Assembly (NCBI RefSeq): GCF_004010195.1
Contig: NC_057720.1
Coordinates: 13,533,189-13,597,188 of the forward strand
Length of the DNA: 64,000 nucleotides
Direction: 5' to 3'
From: Chiloscyllium plagiosum
Taxonomy: Eukaryota
Positions 49,577-62,057 of the stretch are shown piece by piece (position 1 is the first letter of the stretch; every line of letters begins with the position of its first letter). The notes beneath the pieces were generated by a model. That model saw only the letters and a list, made by a program, of their open reading frames with translations, was not told the origin of the DNA and searched no databases. The position numbers and the translations under genes were made by a program.

Positions 49577-49674
49577 GTGGGAGCTGGGTTTAGTGCAGCT
49601 TATCACAAGGATTGGGCCCAAATCTCTCCTGGGTGAGGCATCCAGTAGCGGCACCCCTATGAGGATTTTACGTG

Positions 49675-49875
49675 GCTAACTCATCTAACCTGCCCATCCC
49701 TGAACATTATAGAGCAATTCAACATGGCCAATCCACTTAGCCTGCACATCTTTGCACTGTGGGAGAGCACCCTATGGAAACTCACGCAGACACAGGGATA
49801 ACGTGCAAACTCTACACCGTCGCCCAAAGATGGAATCGAACCCAGGTCACCAGTGCTGTGAGGCAGCAATGCTAA
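49675..49875 (-). mobile_element. Partial V-SINE
   Basis: Reverse complement has a tRNA-like head and a diverged V-domain. Confidence 0.8.
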
Positions 49876-50464
49876 AAATGATCTAGACCTCTAAAGCATT
49901 CTTCAAGCAGGAGAACTAAAGAATGAGTTAAGGGTTTAATTAAGAGATTATTGAACCTTCCCTAAGTAACGACACAAGGCACCTATGGATTTTAAATTGG
50001 AAGTAGAGCAGGTGAATGTAGCTTTTGAGCAAAGCTACAATTGCTGGAAACTGCAACACTTTTGGCTCAGGAATGCCCTTCCTAAAGCCTCCCTGCCCCT
50101 TTGCCTACCATCCCTGCCTTAACCCTAGGTCCTTCAAACTTTCCTCTGTGACCAAACTTTTGGTTTACCCGCCCTAATCCTTCTGTGCCTCGGTGTCAAA
50201 TTGCCTCTGATAATGCTCCTATTAAGTGGGATGGTTTCCTACATTACAAATACGAAACAAGTGAAAGTTGATGCTGTTGCTTGAGCTGTGATGTTAAAAT
50301 GCTACTGTTCGAATGGTGTGACCTGAATACTCTATACTACAGTAGTGAATGACTGAAAACAAGGAAGTATGGGACAAAGGAGGGATTTAACTGATCATCA
50401 AGATCGGCAAGGCATATTTGGAAAAGATAATTTTCAATTATCCCTTGGCGCCACCCTCTTGAAC

Positions 50465-50910
50465 TGTCCTACTGGTCAATCTTCCTTCCCATCTATCTGC
50501 TTCACCCTCCTCTCCAATCTATCACTTTCACCACCACCCCCAACCTTCATCTACCTAACGCATTCCTAGCTACCTTCCCCCCAGCCCCACCTCCCTCCCA
50601 TTTATCTCTCAGTCCCCTTGGCCCACAAGCCCCATTCCTGATAAAGAGCCTAGGCCTGAAACGCCTATTCACTGTCCTTCATCCACAGCTGGAGTTTTGT
50701 GTACAGTTCCTGTCATCACATAACAGGAAAGACATAATTGCTTTTGAGACAGTACAAAGGATATTTACAAGAATATCCAAATTTTGAAAATCGCAGCAGA
50801 GGAAAGATTGGATAAGCTAAGTCATTTTCCTTCGGATGCTGCCTGACCTGCTGTGCTTTTCCAGCACCACACTCTTTGACTCTGATCTCCAGCATCTTAC
50901 TTTCTCCAAA
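50465..50910 (+). mobile_element. PLE family A 3' fragments (decayed hammerhead at ~50634-50665; terminus at 50832-50908) mixed with an old CR1 piece
   Basis: Similarity to 26190-26470. Confidence 0.65.
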
Positions 50911-52313
50911 GGTAATTTTCCAACCTTGATTCAGAAGCACTCAAATACACTTGATCAGCTGGGAATGCAACAACTCCTGCTTAGACTTGCAGTTCTACTC
51001 AGCACCAATTTAATCTCATCCAGCACCTCAGTCCTGTCAGTCGCACAGCTCCCAACCCAACAACTTCAAAGATGCATCATCCATAGACCTAGCAAGCCAG
51101 CCTCCAAACCAGCAATTAGTATGAAAATAAGGATCGTCAGAGGAAGTATGCCATGTCATACCGTGAGTTGGAAATAAATTGCTGCTGATTGAGTGTCCTG
51201 CTGGGTGGGAGAGCACAGGTAGTAACGCAATGACCTCCAAAAGAGATCACTATTAATTTGAAATTTCTCCTTGTATGTTCTTTTCTTTGGTACTGTTTGA
51301 AAGCAAATGGTGCCAGTTCTTGAGGTCAGCTAAAAACATCTCAATGGAGAAATCATATGGTGCAAAAAAAGTGTAATGACCAATATGTTTAGCTATTGAT
51401 AACAGATTACTGAATCATTTGCAGATGATGCCATGCTAAGCTTATTTAATTGAAAGCAATGATATCAGACAGCGCAAATAAATAAGCATATAAAAAAGCA
51501 ATGGTGGAGAGATAGTTGTTGTGGGGATATGTTGGGAAAACTTGGATTGCTCACATGGTATAGTTCAAATCTGCTGATATTGGTCAGTGTCTGGGATGCA
51601 TAAGGACTGGAGCCTACATGCTCTCACCCTCTGATATAAAACTAGCTCCTGAAGGAGTAAATTGCAAGACACAAAACTGAAAGAATTTTTTTAAGCGCTG
51701 CTTTCACATGTATCATTTAAATATAGCAAAAGCCCATTAGATTCAAGTTAAAAACAGAAAGTTTGCACCATATCCAGGTGCCTGCAACTGAAGTGGACTT
51801 TAATCATCATCAGATAGAAACAGAGACAGCTAAACTCTTCAAGGTCATGATTAAAAAAACTATTGAACATATAAATCAAACCGGGGTAAAATGCTTCAAG
51901 CAGCTAAAAGAGCTATTGATCAGAAAGAAGACACAAACCACTGGTGTCTGCACACCACACAATGCAGCCTGTCAAGTCCACCAGCAGAATACTTGCTATT
52001 TATTCCTCATGAGGAAATTTACCTTTGCATGTTGTAAATGTTGCAAAGTTTTTCTTATGATCTCCAGTTTACCAATGTGCAAGGTTTTTGACTTCTCACA
52101 ACATGTGAGGAGCCAGCTTTTATATTGTACAAGTTCGGAAAGGTGCACATTGAAATAGTCGACTAAGGGGTCAAAGAACAATGGCTCCAGGTCACACACA
52201 CCGCCCTGACTTCATATTATTCCTCCATTGCTGCTGATTCAAAGTCCTCTCACTTGGCATCATGGCAGCATCTCCACCACCATAGGCTGCAGTTCATAAA
52301 ATCACTGAATTTA

Positions 52314-52605
52314 GGGGCGGCACGGTGGCTCAGTGGTTAGCACTGCTGCCCCACGGTCCCAGGCTCAATTCTGACCTTGGGCGACTGTTTGTGTGGAATT
52401 TGCACATTCTCCCTGTGTCTGTGTGGGTTTCCTCCCTTAGTCCAAAGATGTGCAGGTCAGGTGAATTGGCCATGGTAAATTGCCGATCATGTTAGGTGCA
52501 TTAGTCAGAGAGGAAATGGGTCTGGGTGGCTGCTCTTCAGAGGGTCGGTGTGGACTGGTTGGGCAGAAGGGCCTGTTTCCAAACTGTAGGGTATCTAATC
52601 TAATC
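52314..52605 (+). mobile_element. HE1-type V-SINE
   Basis: tRNA-like head, V-domain and (aatct)n tail. Confidence 0.88.
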
Positions 52606-54084
52606 AATTATTATGGCCAATACTGTCCGCAATAGCTTTTTATAAGTACATCATTACATAGAGCCATGGTTCCAATCTCCTGCTTTCTCCCCATATTGCA
52701 CACTGTTTTTATCCAAATAAGCATCGTTTTCCTTCTTCAATGTCTTACTTGAACCTGCCTTCCCCACATTTCCATATCCAAACTACTCGCTGTGTGGAAA
52801 AGCTTTTCCTCATGTTACCCCTGCATTGTTTGTGAATCACTTTAAACGTATACCATCTTATTCTTGTTCTTTTTCCGAGAGAGAACAGTTTCTCCCTCGA
52901 TATTTTGTCCAGCCACTCCAGACTTTGAAAGCTTCTATCAAGTCTATTCTCCGTCTTTTTCTCTCCAAGGCCATTAAGAAGTCAACCACGTTGTCAAATG
53001 GGCAACAAACACTAAGCTTGCCAACTGTGCCAACATGAATAAAAATGATGAACGCCAAGGGGACATTTTGTTAATTAACTCTAGGTGTGTGCTGGTAGTA
53101 CTGTCAATACATAAGTTTGCCCTTCTTAAAGCCACTTTTATAAGAATCATTTTAACTTACTTTAAGCAAATGCCTTAAGGACAGAGGGATTACAGTTTTA
53201 AAACAACCAAAAGGATAATGGTGTGATGAAAACTCATCGAGAAATAAAATCTTTCCAATGATTGGCGGAAAAACTAGAAGCTGGAAACATTGCATACATT
53301 TGAGATTACTGAGGAGCTGTTCCTATTCTTCATGCTGAGGCTTCAGTGTAATGGAATATAGAATGGGAAAGCTGACACTAGACACAATGGCTTCATATCA
53401 GGTGCCACTTCAAGTAAGTGGATAAAAACAGTCCACTTCAGTTTTGAAAATTTTAAATCCAGCTAACACTGCAGCAGCAGGAATAATATCAGTCAGCAGA
53501 AATAATAGGAATAGGCCAAGTATATTTGGATGATGTCTAGGTAACCGAGCCAATTATTTGAACATATTATTAGCGTACTGTTGCACGTTCAGGTCAATTT
53601 GCAGTTATTCATTGGCGATTTTAATCATTTTCTAGACCAATCAAGGGCCATTATTCCACACTCACTTACAAAGAAAGCAGGCAGCAGCAGGGAAGGCTTC
53701 CCTCTAACATTTTCTTGTCAAAAGGACGTAGTTTTAATCAAATTGTTCAGACATGGTACAACTGATTTCTGAGGACAGGTGGGACTTTTTCCAAAAGTAA
53801 GTTAAAATGATCCTTGTCCACGAGGGACACTGTTTAAGAATGGAATGTGTATGTAAAGTCTGGACAGACCTAGAGTTAATTAAAAAGCTGTCCTCCTGGC
53901 ATTTGAAGGAGGGCCACTACATTGTACCACAAGAGCTCTTTCCTGTTGTGTGCTGTCTGTTTATTGCACTTTTCCAGATTGCTGTAAGCCATATACTCAC
54001 ACAGCTTTGAGGCTACATTGATCAGGTGTCCATTTCATCTATGTTTGACTCTTTGGCAACTGCAATAGAACAATAAAAGTGTGG

Positions 54085-54480
54085 CCACATGAGGAGAGGT
54101 GAAGCAGATGAGGCCTACATTTGGTAGAGTTTAGAAAAATGAGTGGAGAACTAATTAAGATATGCAAGATGCTAAAGAAGATTGACAAAGTAAACATTGA
54201 AAGGATGCTTTCCCTTGTGGGGTAATCCAGAATGACAGGCTAAGGGTTGACAGAGAGGAGGAGAAATTGCCTCTCTCAAGGCATTGTGAATCTGTGGGTG
54301 CTGGGACACAGAATAAATTTAAGGAGGAGATAGATTTTTAATTAGTAATGGGTTAAAGGGTTGTAGAGAGTGGCAGGAAAGTGGAGTTCAGGCTGAGATG
54401 AGATGAATCATGTTTGTATTAAATGGCAGAGCAAGCTCGAGGGGCCGAATGGCCTATTCCTACTCTTCGCTCTTAGATTA
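54085..54480 (+). mobile_element. Old CR1 3' end
   Basis: ggagtttagaa..atgag.gg and gagcaagctcgaggggccgaatggcctattcct motifs. Confidence 0.7.
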
Positions 54481-54611
54481 TGTGACAGCCGATGGGATGA
54501 ACAAAGCCTTATCTAACAAAATGTTTGTAGTTTAGCTACTGTGCTTCTTATGAAGAGGGTTTTAGCATATTTGATTTTGCTAATCAAAGTGAGAACATAT
54601 TTGTGACATCA

Positions 54612-55030
54612 TTAGGGACGGGCAATAAATGCTGGCCCAGCCAGCGATGCCCTCATCCCATGAATGTAAAACAAAAAACTGTCCAGTCCAGCATTTATCA
54701 GCCCATCCCTAAATACCCTTGATCTGAGTGGCTTGATGAGCCATTTCAGAAGGAAGTTAAGTACTGTAGATCTGGAATCACATGTAGGCCAGACCAGGTA
54801 CGGATAGCAGATTTCCTTTCTTGGGGGGCATTTGGGAAGCAGATGGGCTTTTGATGAGAAGTGATGATCATGTGAGAACCACATTACTGTGAATAGTTTT
54901 CAAATGTAGATTATTTTTTGGATAAAATGAATTGGATTAATTTCCGTAGCTGCTGTGGTGGGATTCTAACCCACATCTTTGATACATCAGCCCGGATCTC
55001 TGCATTATAAATATTATCACAGTGCCAATT
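54612..55030. mobile_element. SINE (- strand) preceded by a + strand copy of the shared SINE/LINE tail
   Basis: attagggacgggcaataaatgctggc (54611-54636) faces ccagcatttatcagcccatccctaa (54688-54712). Confidence 0.65.
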
Positions 55031-55085
55031 TTTCCCTGGTGATAGAACGGAGGCAGAAGATTCTAAAGGAAGCAGGCAGTAGCTT

Positions 55086-55410
55086 TAGAGTCATAGAGTC
55101 ATAGAGATGTACAACATGGAATCAGACCCTTTGGTCCAACCCGTCCATGCTGACCAGATGTCCCAACCCAATCTAGTCCCACTTGCCAGCACCCGGCCCA
55201 TATCCCTCCAAACCCTTCCTATTCATATACCCATCCAAATGCCTCTTAAATGTTGCAATTGTACCAGCCTCCACCACATCCTCTGTCAGCTAATTTCATA
55301 CACACACCACCCTCTGTGCGAAAAAGTTGCCCCTTAGGTCTCTTTTATATCTTTCCCCTCTCACCCTGTGCCTATGCCCTCTAGTTCTGGACTCCCGACC
55401 CCAGGGAAAA
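55086..55410 (-). mobile_element. CR1 3' end (same family as 9697)
   Basis: tagagtcatagagtcatagagatgtac tail and matching body. Confidence 0.9.
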
Positions 55411-56094
55411 GTGTTGTATTTAATGCTGTTCTGATCATGTCTGAAGGTATGTAAATAATGTTTGTGTGAAGTTGATGAAAAAGTGTTATTAACTCCAGCA
55501 ATCCCATACACTGCTGTAAATAGTACAGGGGGAAAAATCATGGACTCGTTATACAGCGACAAATTTGCTATTTTGTTTGAACATGATAACGACTGTGGGA
55601 GAAAATGGGGTAAAAAGGTAGTTTTGCCATCTGGTGGTACAGTGGCATTGTCCCTACCCTGAACCGAGAGACCAGGGTTCAAGTCCCACCTGTTCCAGAG
55701 GCATGTAATAATATCTTTGAAAGGGTTGATTAGCAAAACAGGTGACATTTTTAAAAAGAGGTTCTTTCACCAATGATCACTATTAACCCAAAGGCAGCTC
55801 AGTCTTTGTGACCCTTTCAATTCACTGTTGGAAAGAGGATGTGTGAAGGCTTGATGATTGGACCAATGACAACAGTGTCAGGGCAGGGTGGATTTAGGTG
55901 GTGAACACCAAACCAGAATTGGCAACTCCAGCGTCAATTCTTGGCTCCAGCTCATAGAAGAGGAGTAACATTTTGCAACTTCACACAAATAAAAGGGAAA
56001 GCCCAGGGTCAGAGGTTAACTATAATTCATTTTGATAGTGAAGGAGTATGGACTCAAACCTAGAAACGCTGAGGGCCACACTGTTGACCTGAAG

Positions 56095-56337
56095 TGGGAT
56101 GTAATGCTGACTGTGGGCTAATGCAACCATCAGTGACATTAATGGAGTCAGCTGGCAAACTGATTGATGTTCTCATTTTCTGGGAGACAGTCTGAGGCAG
56201 CTCCTATGTCTTATGGTCTTAGGGCCTTATGGGATGTAATGCTGACTGTGGGGTAATGCAACCATCAGTGACATTAATGGAGTCAGCTGGCAAACTGATT
56301 GATGTTCTCATTTTCTGGGAGACAGTCTGAGGCAGCT
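56095..56337 (+). repeat. 108-bp direct duplication separated by a 27-bp spacer
   Basis: 56095-56202 and 56230-56337 differ at one visible position (gggcta / ggggta). Confidence 0.95.
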
Positions 56338-56744
56338 TCTATAATCACACCAGCAGCACCACCACCCACTAAAGTTTGCGATCTTTCCTTCACTTGGAGA
56401 GTTTGGCAATTTCCTGATTGTGTATTCGGAGGTGCTGCCTTCCAACTTCACAGTGACTCCAATCAGCTAATTTCCACAGTTATATAAGCTGACTTCAATC
56501 CAATTAAAACTGCCTTCAAAAATGCTTCTGGACAGCCAGCAAAATGCACAAATTGACTAGTGACACATACATTCGATGCATCAACTACTGAATAATTTCT
56601 TCCACAGTCCACAATCTCTTGGTTCCACAGTTAAATGTGTTCATGGCATAACTGGATTTCATTGATTTTAACAAGATAACATAGACTTTACAGCACAGAA
56701 ACAGGCCACTCAGTCCAACTAGCCTGTGCTGATGTTTATACCTC

Positions 56745-57115
56745 ATGTGAGCAATCATATGGTGTGCACCATTTACAAGATCCACTGCAGAAATTCACCA
56801 AAGATCCTTCAAAAGCACCTCTCAAATCCATGACCATTTGCATCCAGAAGGACAAGAACAGCAGATACATGGGGAGACCATCACCTGCAAGTCCCCTGCC
56901 AAGCCACTCACCATTTGACTTGCAAATGTATTACTGTTCCTTCACTGTCGTTGGGTCAAAATCCCCCTATAAGGACATTGTGGGTCAACCTACAGCATGT
57001 GGACTGCTGTGGTTCAAGAAGTCAGCTCACCACCACTTTCTCACGGGCAACTAGGGACAGGCAATAAAAGCTGACCCAGCCAGCGATGCCCATGTGCTAT
57101 GAATGAATTAAAAAA
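56745..57115 (+). mobile_element. LINE 3' end whose tail is shared with the 62058-type SINE
   Basis: Ends gggcaactagggacaggcaataaaagctgacccagccagcgatgcccat, matching the SINE tail at 62447-62510. Confidence 0.7.
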
Positions 57116-57756
57116 AACCTCCTGTCCAATCCATCACACTGTTTCACCATATCCCTGTAGTCCCTTCTCCCTTATATACCCATTTAGCTTTTTCCTAAAA
57201 GCAAGTATGCTATTCATCTTGAATACTCAATGAAGCCTTCACATTCTGGTACATGTTGGCATTTTATGACATTATCTGAATTTTATTGAAAGAAGTAATA
57301 AAATAAGTGCAATTTTCTTTTGAATTAAAAACAAGAACATTCTCACGAGCTCAGAACCCCCTGTGTTAGCTCTCCCTGTCTGTTAGTCTTGTCATGGAAG
57401 ACCACTCGAATGTCCAGGGAGGGAGTAGTCCTCACCATCTTGTTCCAACTCATTGCTGGATTGCAGTTTTCAGAGTAAGAGTAGCCAATTACTCAACCCA
57501 CAGGCACCATCCTGTCCTAATGGACACCCACAGATACAAACACTACTGAGGTAGTCAAACTGGAGTGAGAGCTCAGGTCAACTTTCTTCCCATCCAAGTG
57601 AAGAGATGCTGAGGCCATTACCCATGGTCTTTTGCCATCACCAAAATGAAATCAGCTAACTCCACATTAATCAGCGATTAAACCTGGGAAGTTCTTGATC
57701 TGTGTCACTCAGCTATTTATTAGCTCAAGCAATGAAATCATCAGTGGAGTTACACA

Positions 57757-58335
57757 GAAGCATAGAAAATAGGTGCAGGAGGAGGCCATTCTGCCCTTCC
57801 AGCCTGCACCACATTCAATATGATTACGGCTGAACATGCACTCTCCACTCCCGCTTTCTCTCCATACCCCTTGGCCCCTTTAGCCACAAGAACCATGTCC
57901 AGCTCCATTTGAAAAATCTAATGAACTGGTCCCAACAGCTTCCTGTGGGAGAGAATTCCACAGGTTCACAACTCTCTGAGTGAAGAAATTCTTCCTCATC
58001 TTAAACCTGAATGGCTTACCCTTATTCTTAGACTGTGACGCCTAGTTCTGCTCTTCCCCAACATTGGGAACATTCTTTCCACATCTGTCTGTCCAGTCCC
58101 AACAGGATTTTATTTTTTTCTATGAGATTCCCCCTCCCCCATTCTTCTAAATAAGGATAAGCACATGGATGATGATGGGATAGTGTAGGGGGATGAGCTT
58201 AGATTAGTTCACAGGTTGGCACAACATCGAGGACTGAAGGGCCTGTTCTGTGCTGTTTTGTTCTATGTTCTGTGTTCTAAATCCCAGTGAATACAAGCCC
58301 AGTCAATACAATCTTTCCTCATTTGTCAGTCCTGC
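57757..58335 (-). mobile_element. CR1 3' fragment with a nested + strand CR1 tail (~58152-58277)
   Basis: gaagcatagaa..aggtgcaggaggaggccattc start; nested (gttctat)n tail flanked by ttctaaat repeats. Confidence 0.75.
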
Positions 58336-59144
58336 CATTCCAGTAATCAGTCTGGAGTTGGGCTAGTCAGCATATTTTCCTTTGTTTTTAAGAGACCATA
58401 CTTATGCTCTTCAGAATAACATTCTTGATAGTTGGTGGCAACAAATAATTTGAGCTATTAAAAAGGCCCACTCGCCTCTCCAATGTAAGTCCACCTTACG
58501 AGAGCTAATAAATACGGAGAACAAAAATCTAATTAGTTGTCAGGGTTGCTCTGCAGAATGTTCTCTGGAGTGGAGATAACGGCACTTTCTAGGAATCTCT
58601 GACATATAATGACAAAGGGCATATTATGGACTCTAATGTGTCTGAAGTCACAAATTACTTATCCAGTTATGAGCTCTCAGAGGAGCATCACAGCTGCAAA
58701 AACTTGGAAAACCAAGAGTGAGAAGGCAGCAATTTATATATTGGATGAATCTGGTAATTGAACAAATAAATAAATTCTGGAGCACTGGGTACTGCTCTCA
58801 TTTTGTTTTTTCCCCATTTTCTCTGCTTCTCAAGTGCCATGAAAAGTCACGCTCCCAGTGTATAGGTACAGCAGATCTCTCTTATCTTGTCCAAAGGGGG
58901 CTTTTCTTCATTTGTTTGTGGAACACAATGTATTTTGATCGTATGGCAGTGTCACTGAACTTCCTAAATCCATTTGGATCCATGCAGTGTACTCACTAGT
59001 AGTGAATATCCTCAGTGTGCAGTCTGTAAGTAGCTGTTCAGTTCGCTACAGATGAGTCACACACAGCTATTTTGCTGGATAACGAACTGAAACCAGCCAC
59101 ACCCAATCCTGATCCACCCTAATATATCCCTTCTTGAGATAAAG

Positions 59145-59585
59145 TGGCACAGTGTCACAGTGATTAGCACTGTTACCTCACAACATCAGGGGCCTTAGTT
59201 CAATTACAGCCTTGGGTGACTGTCTGTGTCTTCCCCACTCTCCCCATGTCTGTGCAAGTTTCCTCCAGGTGCTCCAGTTTCCTCCCACAGTCCAAAGGTG
59301 TGCAAAGTCAGAAGTCACACAACACCAGGTTACAGTCTAGCAGGTTTATTTGAAATCATAAGCTTTCGGAGTGCTGCCCCTTCGTCAGGTGACGGCACCT
59401 CCACATCATGGTTACCAAAGATGTGCGTGATGTGGAGATTGGCCACGCTAAATTGTCCAGAGTTGTGCAGGCTAGATGGGTTAGCCATGGGAAATGTGTG
59501 AATAAGGTGTGTCTAGGTGGGATCCTCCTTGGAGTGTTAGTGCAGGTTCTGTGGGCCAAATGGCCTTTTTCTGCGCTGTAGGGAT
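59145..59585 (+). mobile_element. Diverged V-SINE carrying a PLE family B insertion (59304-59414, 12-bp TSD)
   Basis: TSD ccaaaggtgtgc (59292-59303) / ccaaagatgtgc (59415-59426). Confidence 0.8.
59356..59392 (-). ncRNA. Minimal hammerhead motif, family B (CUGACGA core)
   Basis: Minus strand TCAC-CTGACGA-A-GGGG(CAGCA)CTCC-GAAA-GCTT-ATGA; stem I has a proximal mismatch. Confidence 0.65.
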
Positions 59586-59889
59586 CAGTGTTAATGATTG
59601 ACTTGAGATCTTCTCTTGCATTCAATAGGTTACATAAATGCAGGCTATTATTTGTGTTGCACATGCAGCAGGGGTCACCGTTTAGAGTACAGAAACAGAA
59701 AGTGCTGGCTGATTCGTTTTTTTCATGCAGTGTTGAAGCACTGCGCAGAATTTCCACGCCACTTTTTGCCAGATTGACAAACTGGAAAGATGAATCTGAC
59801 TCTAATTTCACCTTTAGCAATGACCGTCTCAAAGGTCCTTCTTTGATTGTCAAGATGTTTGGTATATCCTGAGGTCCCAATATATTTCT

Positions 59890-60030
59890 TTCTGACACAA
59901 ATGCAATACTGAGGGAGTGCTACACTGTCTCAGGTGCCATCTTTTGACAAGGCATCAAACTGAGGCCTCCTCTGCCTTCTTGAGTGGAATTAAATTTTTC
60001 CATGGGACTATTTTGAAGAGCAGGGGAGTT
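59890..60030 (+). mobile_element. DeuSINE (SacSINE1-like) central domain
   Basis: tgcaatactgagggagtgctacactgtctcaggtgccatcttt...aaactgaggcc...ccatgggactattttgaagagcaggggagtt. Confidence 0.7.
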
Positions 60031-60549
60031 CACACAATCACAGATTTATTGTAGCACAGCAAGAGTCTGTTCAGTCCATTGTAACAGGCTCTCTGTTTCA
60101 GCTGTTTGCTTAGTGCCATCCTACTGCTTTCTCCACGTAATCCTGCACTTTACCATTTTTTTTCCCATTAATAATCTAATTCCATGTTGAATGCCTTGAC
60201 TGAAGTTGCCTCCCGCACACTTAGTACTAATGCATCCAGACTCAAACTGCGCATTGTGTGAAAAAAAAACATGGTTTTGACAAGGTCATCACAGAAAGGA
60301 TGTTTCCTCCTGTGGGTGAAACCTGGGGAGGGGGTGGGCACTGTTTTAAAGTTAGGTGGTCACCCTTTTAAGAGAGAGATGAGGAGAATTTCTTTCTCTC
60401 TCAAGAGGGCTGTGAAATCCGAGTACTCTCTGCCTCAGACAGTGCTGGAAGCTGGGTCATTGTATTAAGGCGGAGGTAGATAGATTCTTGTTAGACAAAG
60501 TTTCAAATCACACAACATCAGATTATAGTCCAACAGGTTTAATTGGAAG

Positions 60550-60584
60550 CACTAGCTTTCGGAGCGCTGCTCCTTCATCAGATA
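60550..60584 (-). ncRNA. Minimal type-I hammerhead ribozyme motif, family B (intact core, perfect 5-bp stem II)
   Basis: Minus strand TAT-CTGATGA-A-GGAGC(AGC)GCTCC-GAAA-GCTA-GTG. Confidence 0.82.
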
Positions 60585-60964
60585 GTTGTGGAGGACACAA
60601 TTGGAAGACACAGAATTTATAACAAAAGTTTACAGTGTGATGTAACTGAAATTCTACATTGAAAAATACCTTGAATTATTTGTTAAGTCTCTCATCTGTT
60701 AGAATGACCGTGATAGTTTCACTTCTTTCATATGTAAATCACAAAACATTTTTAAAAAGTTACATTCTCAGGTTAACTGTAACAATTGGTATCAGCCTAG
60801 ATAAGATGTTGAAGGTGTTAGCCCCCTGTGTTCTGTTGTCTGTGTCATAATGTTTAGACTGATTCTAATCTAAAAAGTAAGTTAACAGAGTCTTAGATGG
60901 ATTCATGCAGTTTTTGAGCAAAGTACAATGTAACTCTGCAAGTACACATTCACCGCACAAACGT

Positions 60965-61300
60965 ATATGTGTATATGTCCGTGTGTTTGTGTATGTGCCT
61001 GGAGTGGGGGTTTGTGAGTGTCTGTGGGAGAGAGTGTATATGTGTGTGCACGAGTGTAAAGGAGTCTGAGTCTGTGAGAGGGTGCACGTGTGAGTGTGGG
61101 AGTGTGTGTCTCTGTAGGAGTGTGTGAGTGTCCGTGTGCGTGCCTGTGTATAGGAGTGTGTGTTTGTGTGCCTGAGGTGGGGGGTTGTGAGTGTCTGTGA
61201 GGGAGTGTGTATGTGTGTGTGAAGGGGTCTAAGTCTGTGAGAGGGTGCATGTGTGAGTATGGGAGTGTGTGTGTGTAGGAGTGTCTGTGTGTGTGTGTAT
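60965..61300. repeat. GT/CA-rich low-complexity repeat with a ~170-bp internal duplication, inside the PLE 3' UTR
   Basis: Units starting at ~61007 and ~61181 share gtctgtgagagggtgca.gtgtgagt.tgggagtgtgtgt. Confidence 0.8.
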
Positions 61301-62057
61301 ATAGTGCAATGGTGGTCACCTGTAGTGTGACATGAACCCAACGTCCCAGTTGAGGCCCTCCATATGGGTATCGAATTAGCTATCAGCCTCTGCTTGGCCA
61401 CTTTTCGCTGCTGCCTGTCCCAAAGCCCGCCTTGGAAGACGGTCACCCGAAGGTCCAAGGTCGAATGTCCTGGACCACTGAAGTGTTCTTCAACTGGGAG
61501 GGAATGCTCCTGTCTGTTGATTGTTGTGCGGTGCCCATTCATCTGTGGCCGTAGCCTCCACTCGGTTTCACCAATGTACCATGCCTCCGGGCATCCTTTC
61601 ATGCAGTGTATGAGATAGAGAACGTTGACTGAATCACATGAGTACCTGCCATATACATGGTTGGAGGTGTCCCCACGCGTAATGGTGGTATCCGTGTCCA
61701 CACTCTGACACGTCATGCAGTGCCTATTGTGACAGGGCTGTATGGAGTTGTCCTGAAAGCCGGGCAGTTTGCTACAAACAATGATCTGTTTGAGGTTTGG
61801 TGGTTGTTTAACCAGTTAGACAAGGTAATCAAAGATTATCAGCAGCAGATAGGAACGACATTTAAACAGAAACATATCCGCCATGATTTTGTGGAAGTAT
61901 GTTGGAGAAGCTGAATGATCTACACCTGCTCCTATTTCATCTGTAAATTGATGCCAACGTTTTTGACATTACAACAGTGCTGATTTGTTAAAACGTTACT
62001 TCATCAGTATTAAAATGCTTTGAGGCATCCAGTGGCCTTAGGTTCTACAACCTAATG

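Larger units (their letters stand above)
60502..61814 (-). mobile_element. 5'-truncated PLE family B (Neptune-like): Cys-rich linker, GIY-YIG endonuclease remnant, CA-rich 3' UTR and hammerhead terminal repeat; 12-bp TSD inside an old CR1 3' end
   Basis: Minus-strand translation KQPPNLKQIIVCSKL..QPCHNRHCMTCQ...NVLYLIHCMKGCPEAWYIGETEWRL..MNGHR..LPVEEHFSGPGHS; TSD gttagacaaagt (60490-60501) / gttagacaaggt (61815-61826). Confidence 0.92.

Noticed and set aside
59356..59898. 180-aa minus-strand ORF
   Set aside because: Spans unique DNA, a SINE and a PLE insertion; no recognisable domain or splice structure.
60865..61716. 283-aa ORF with a His/Thr-rich tail as a host protein
   Set aside because: The N-terminal part is a PLE GIY-YIG remnant; the tail is frameshifted translation of a CA-rich repeat.
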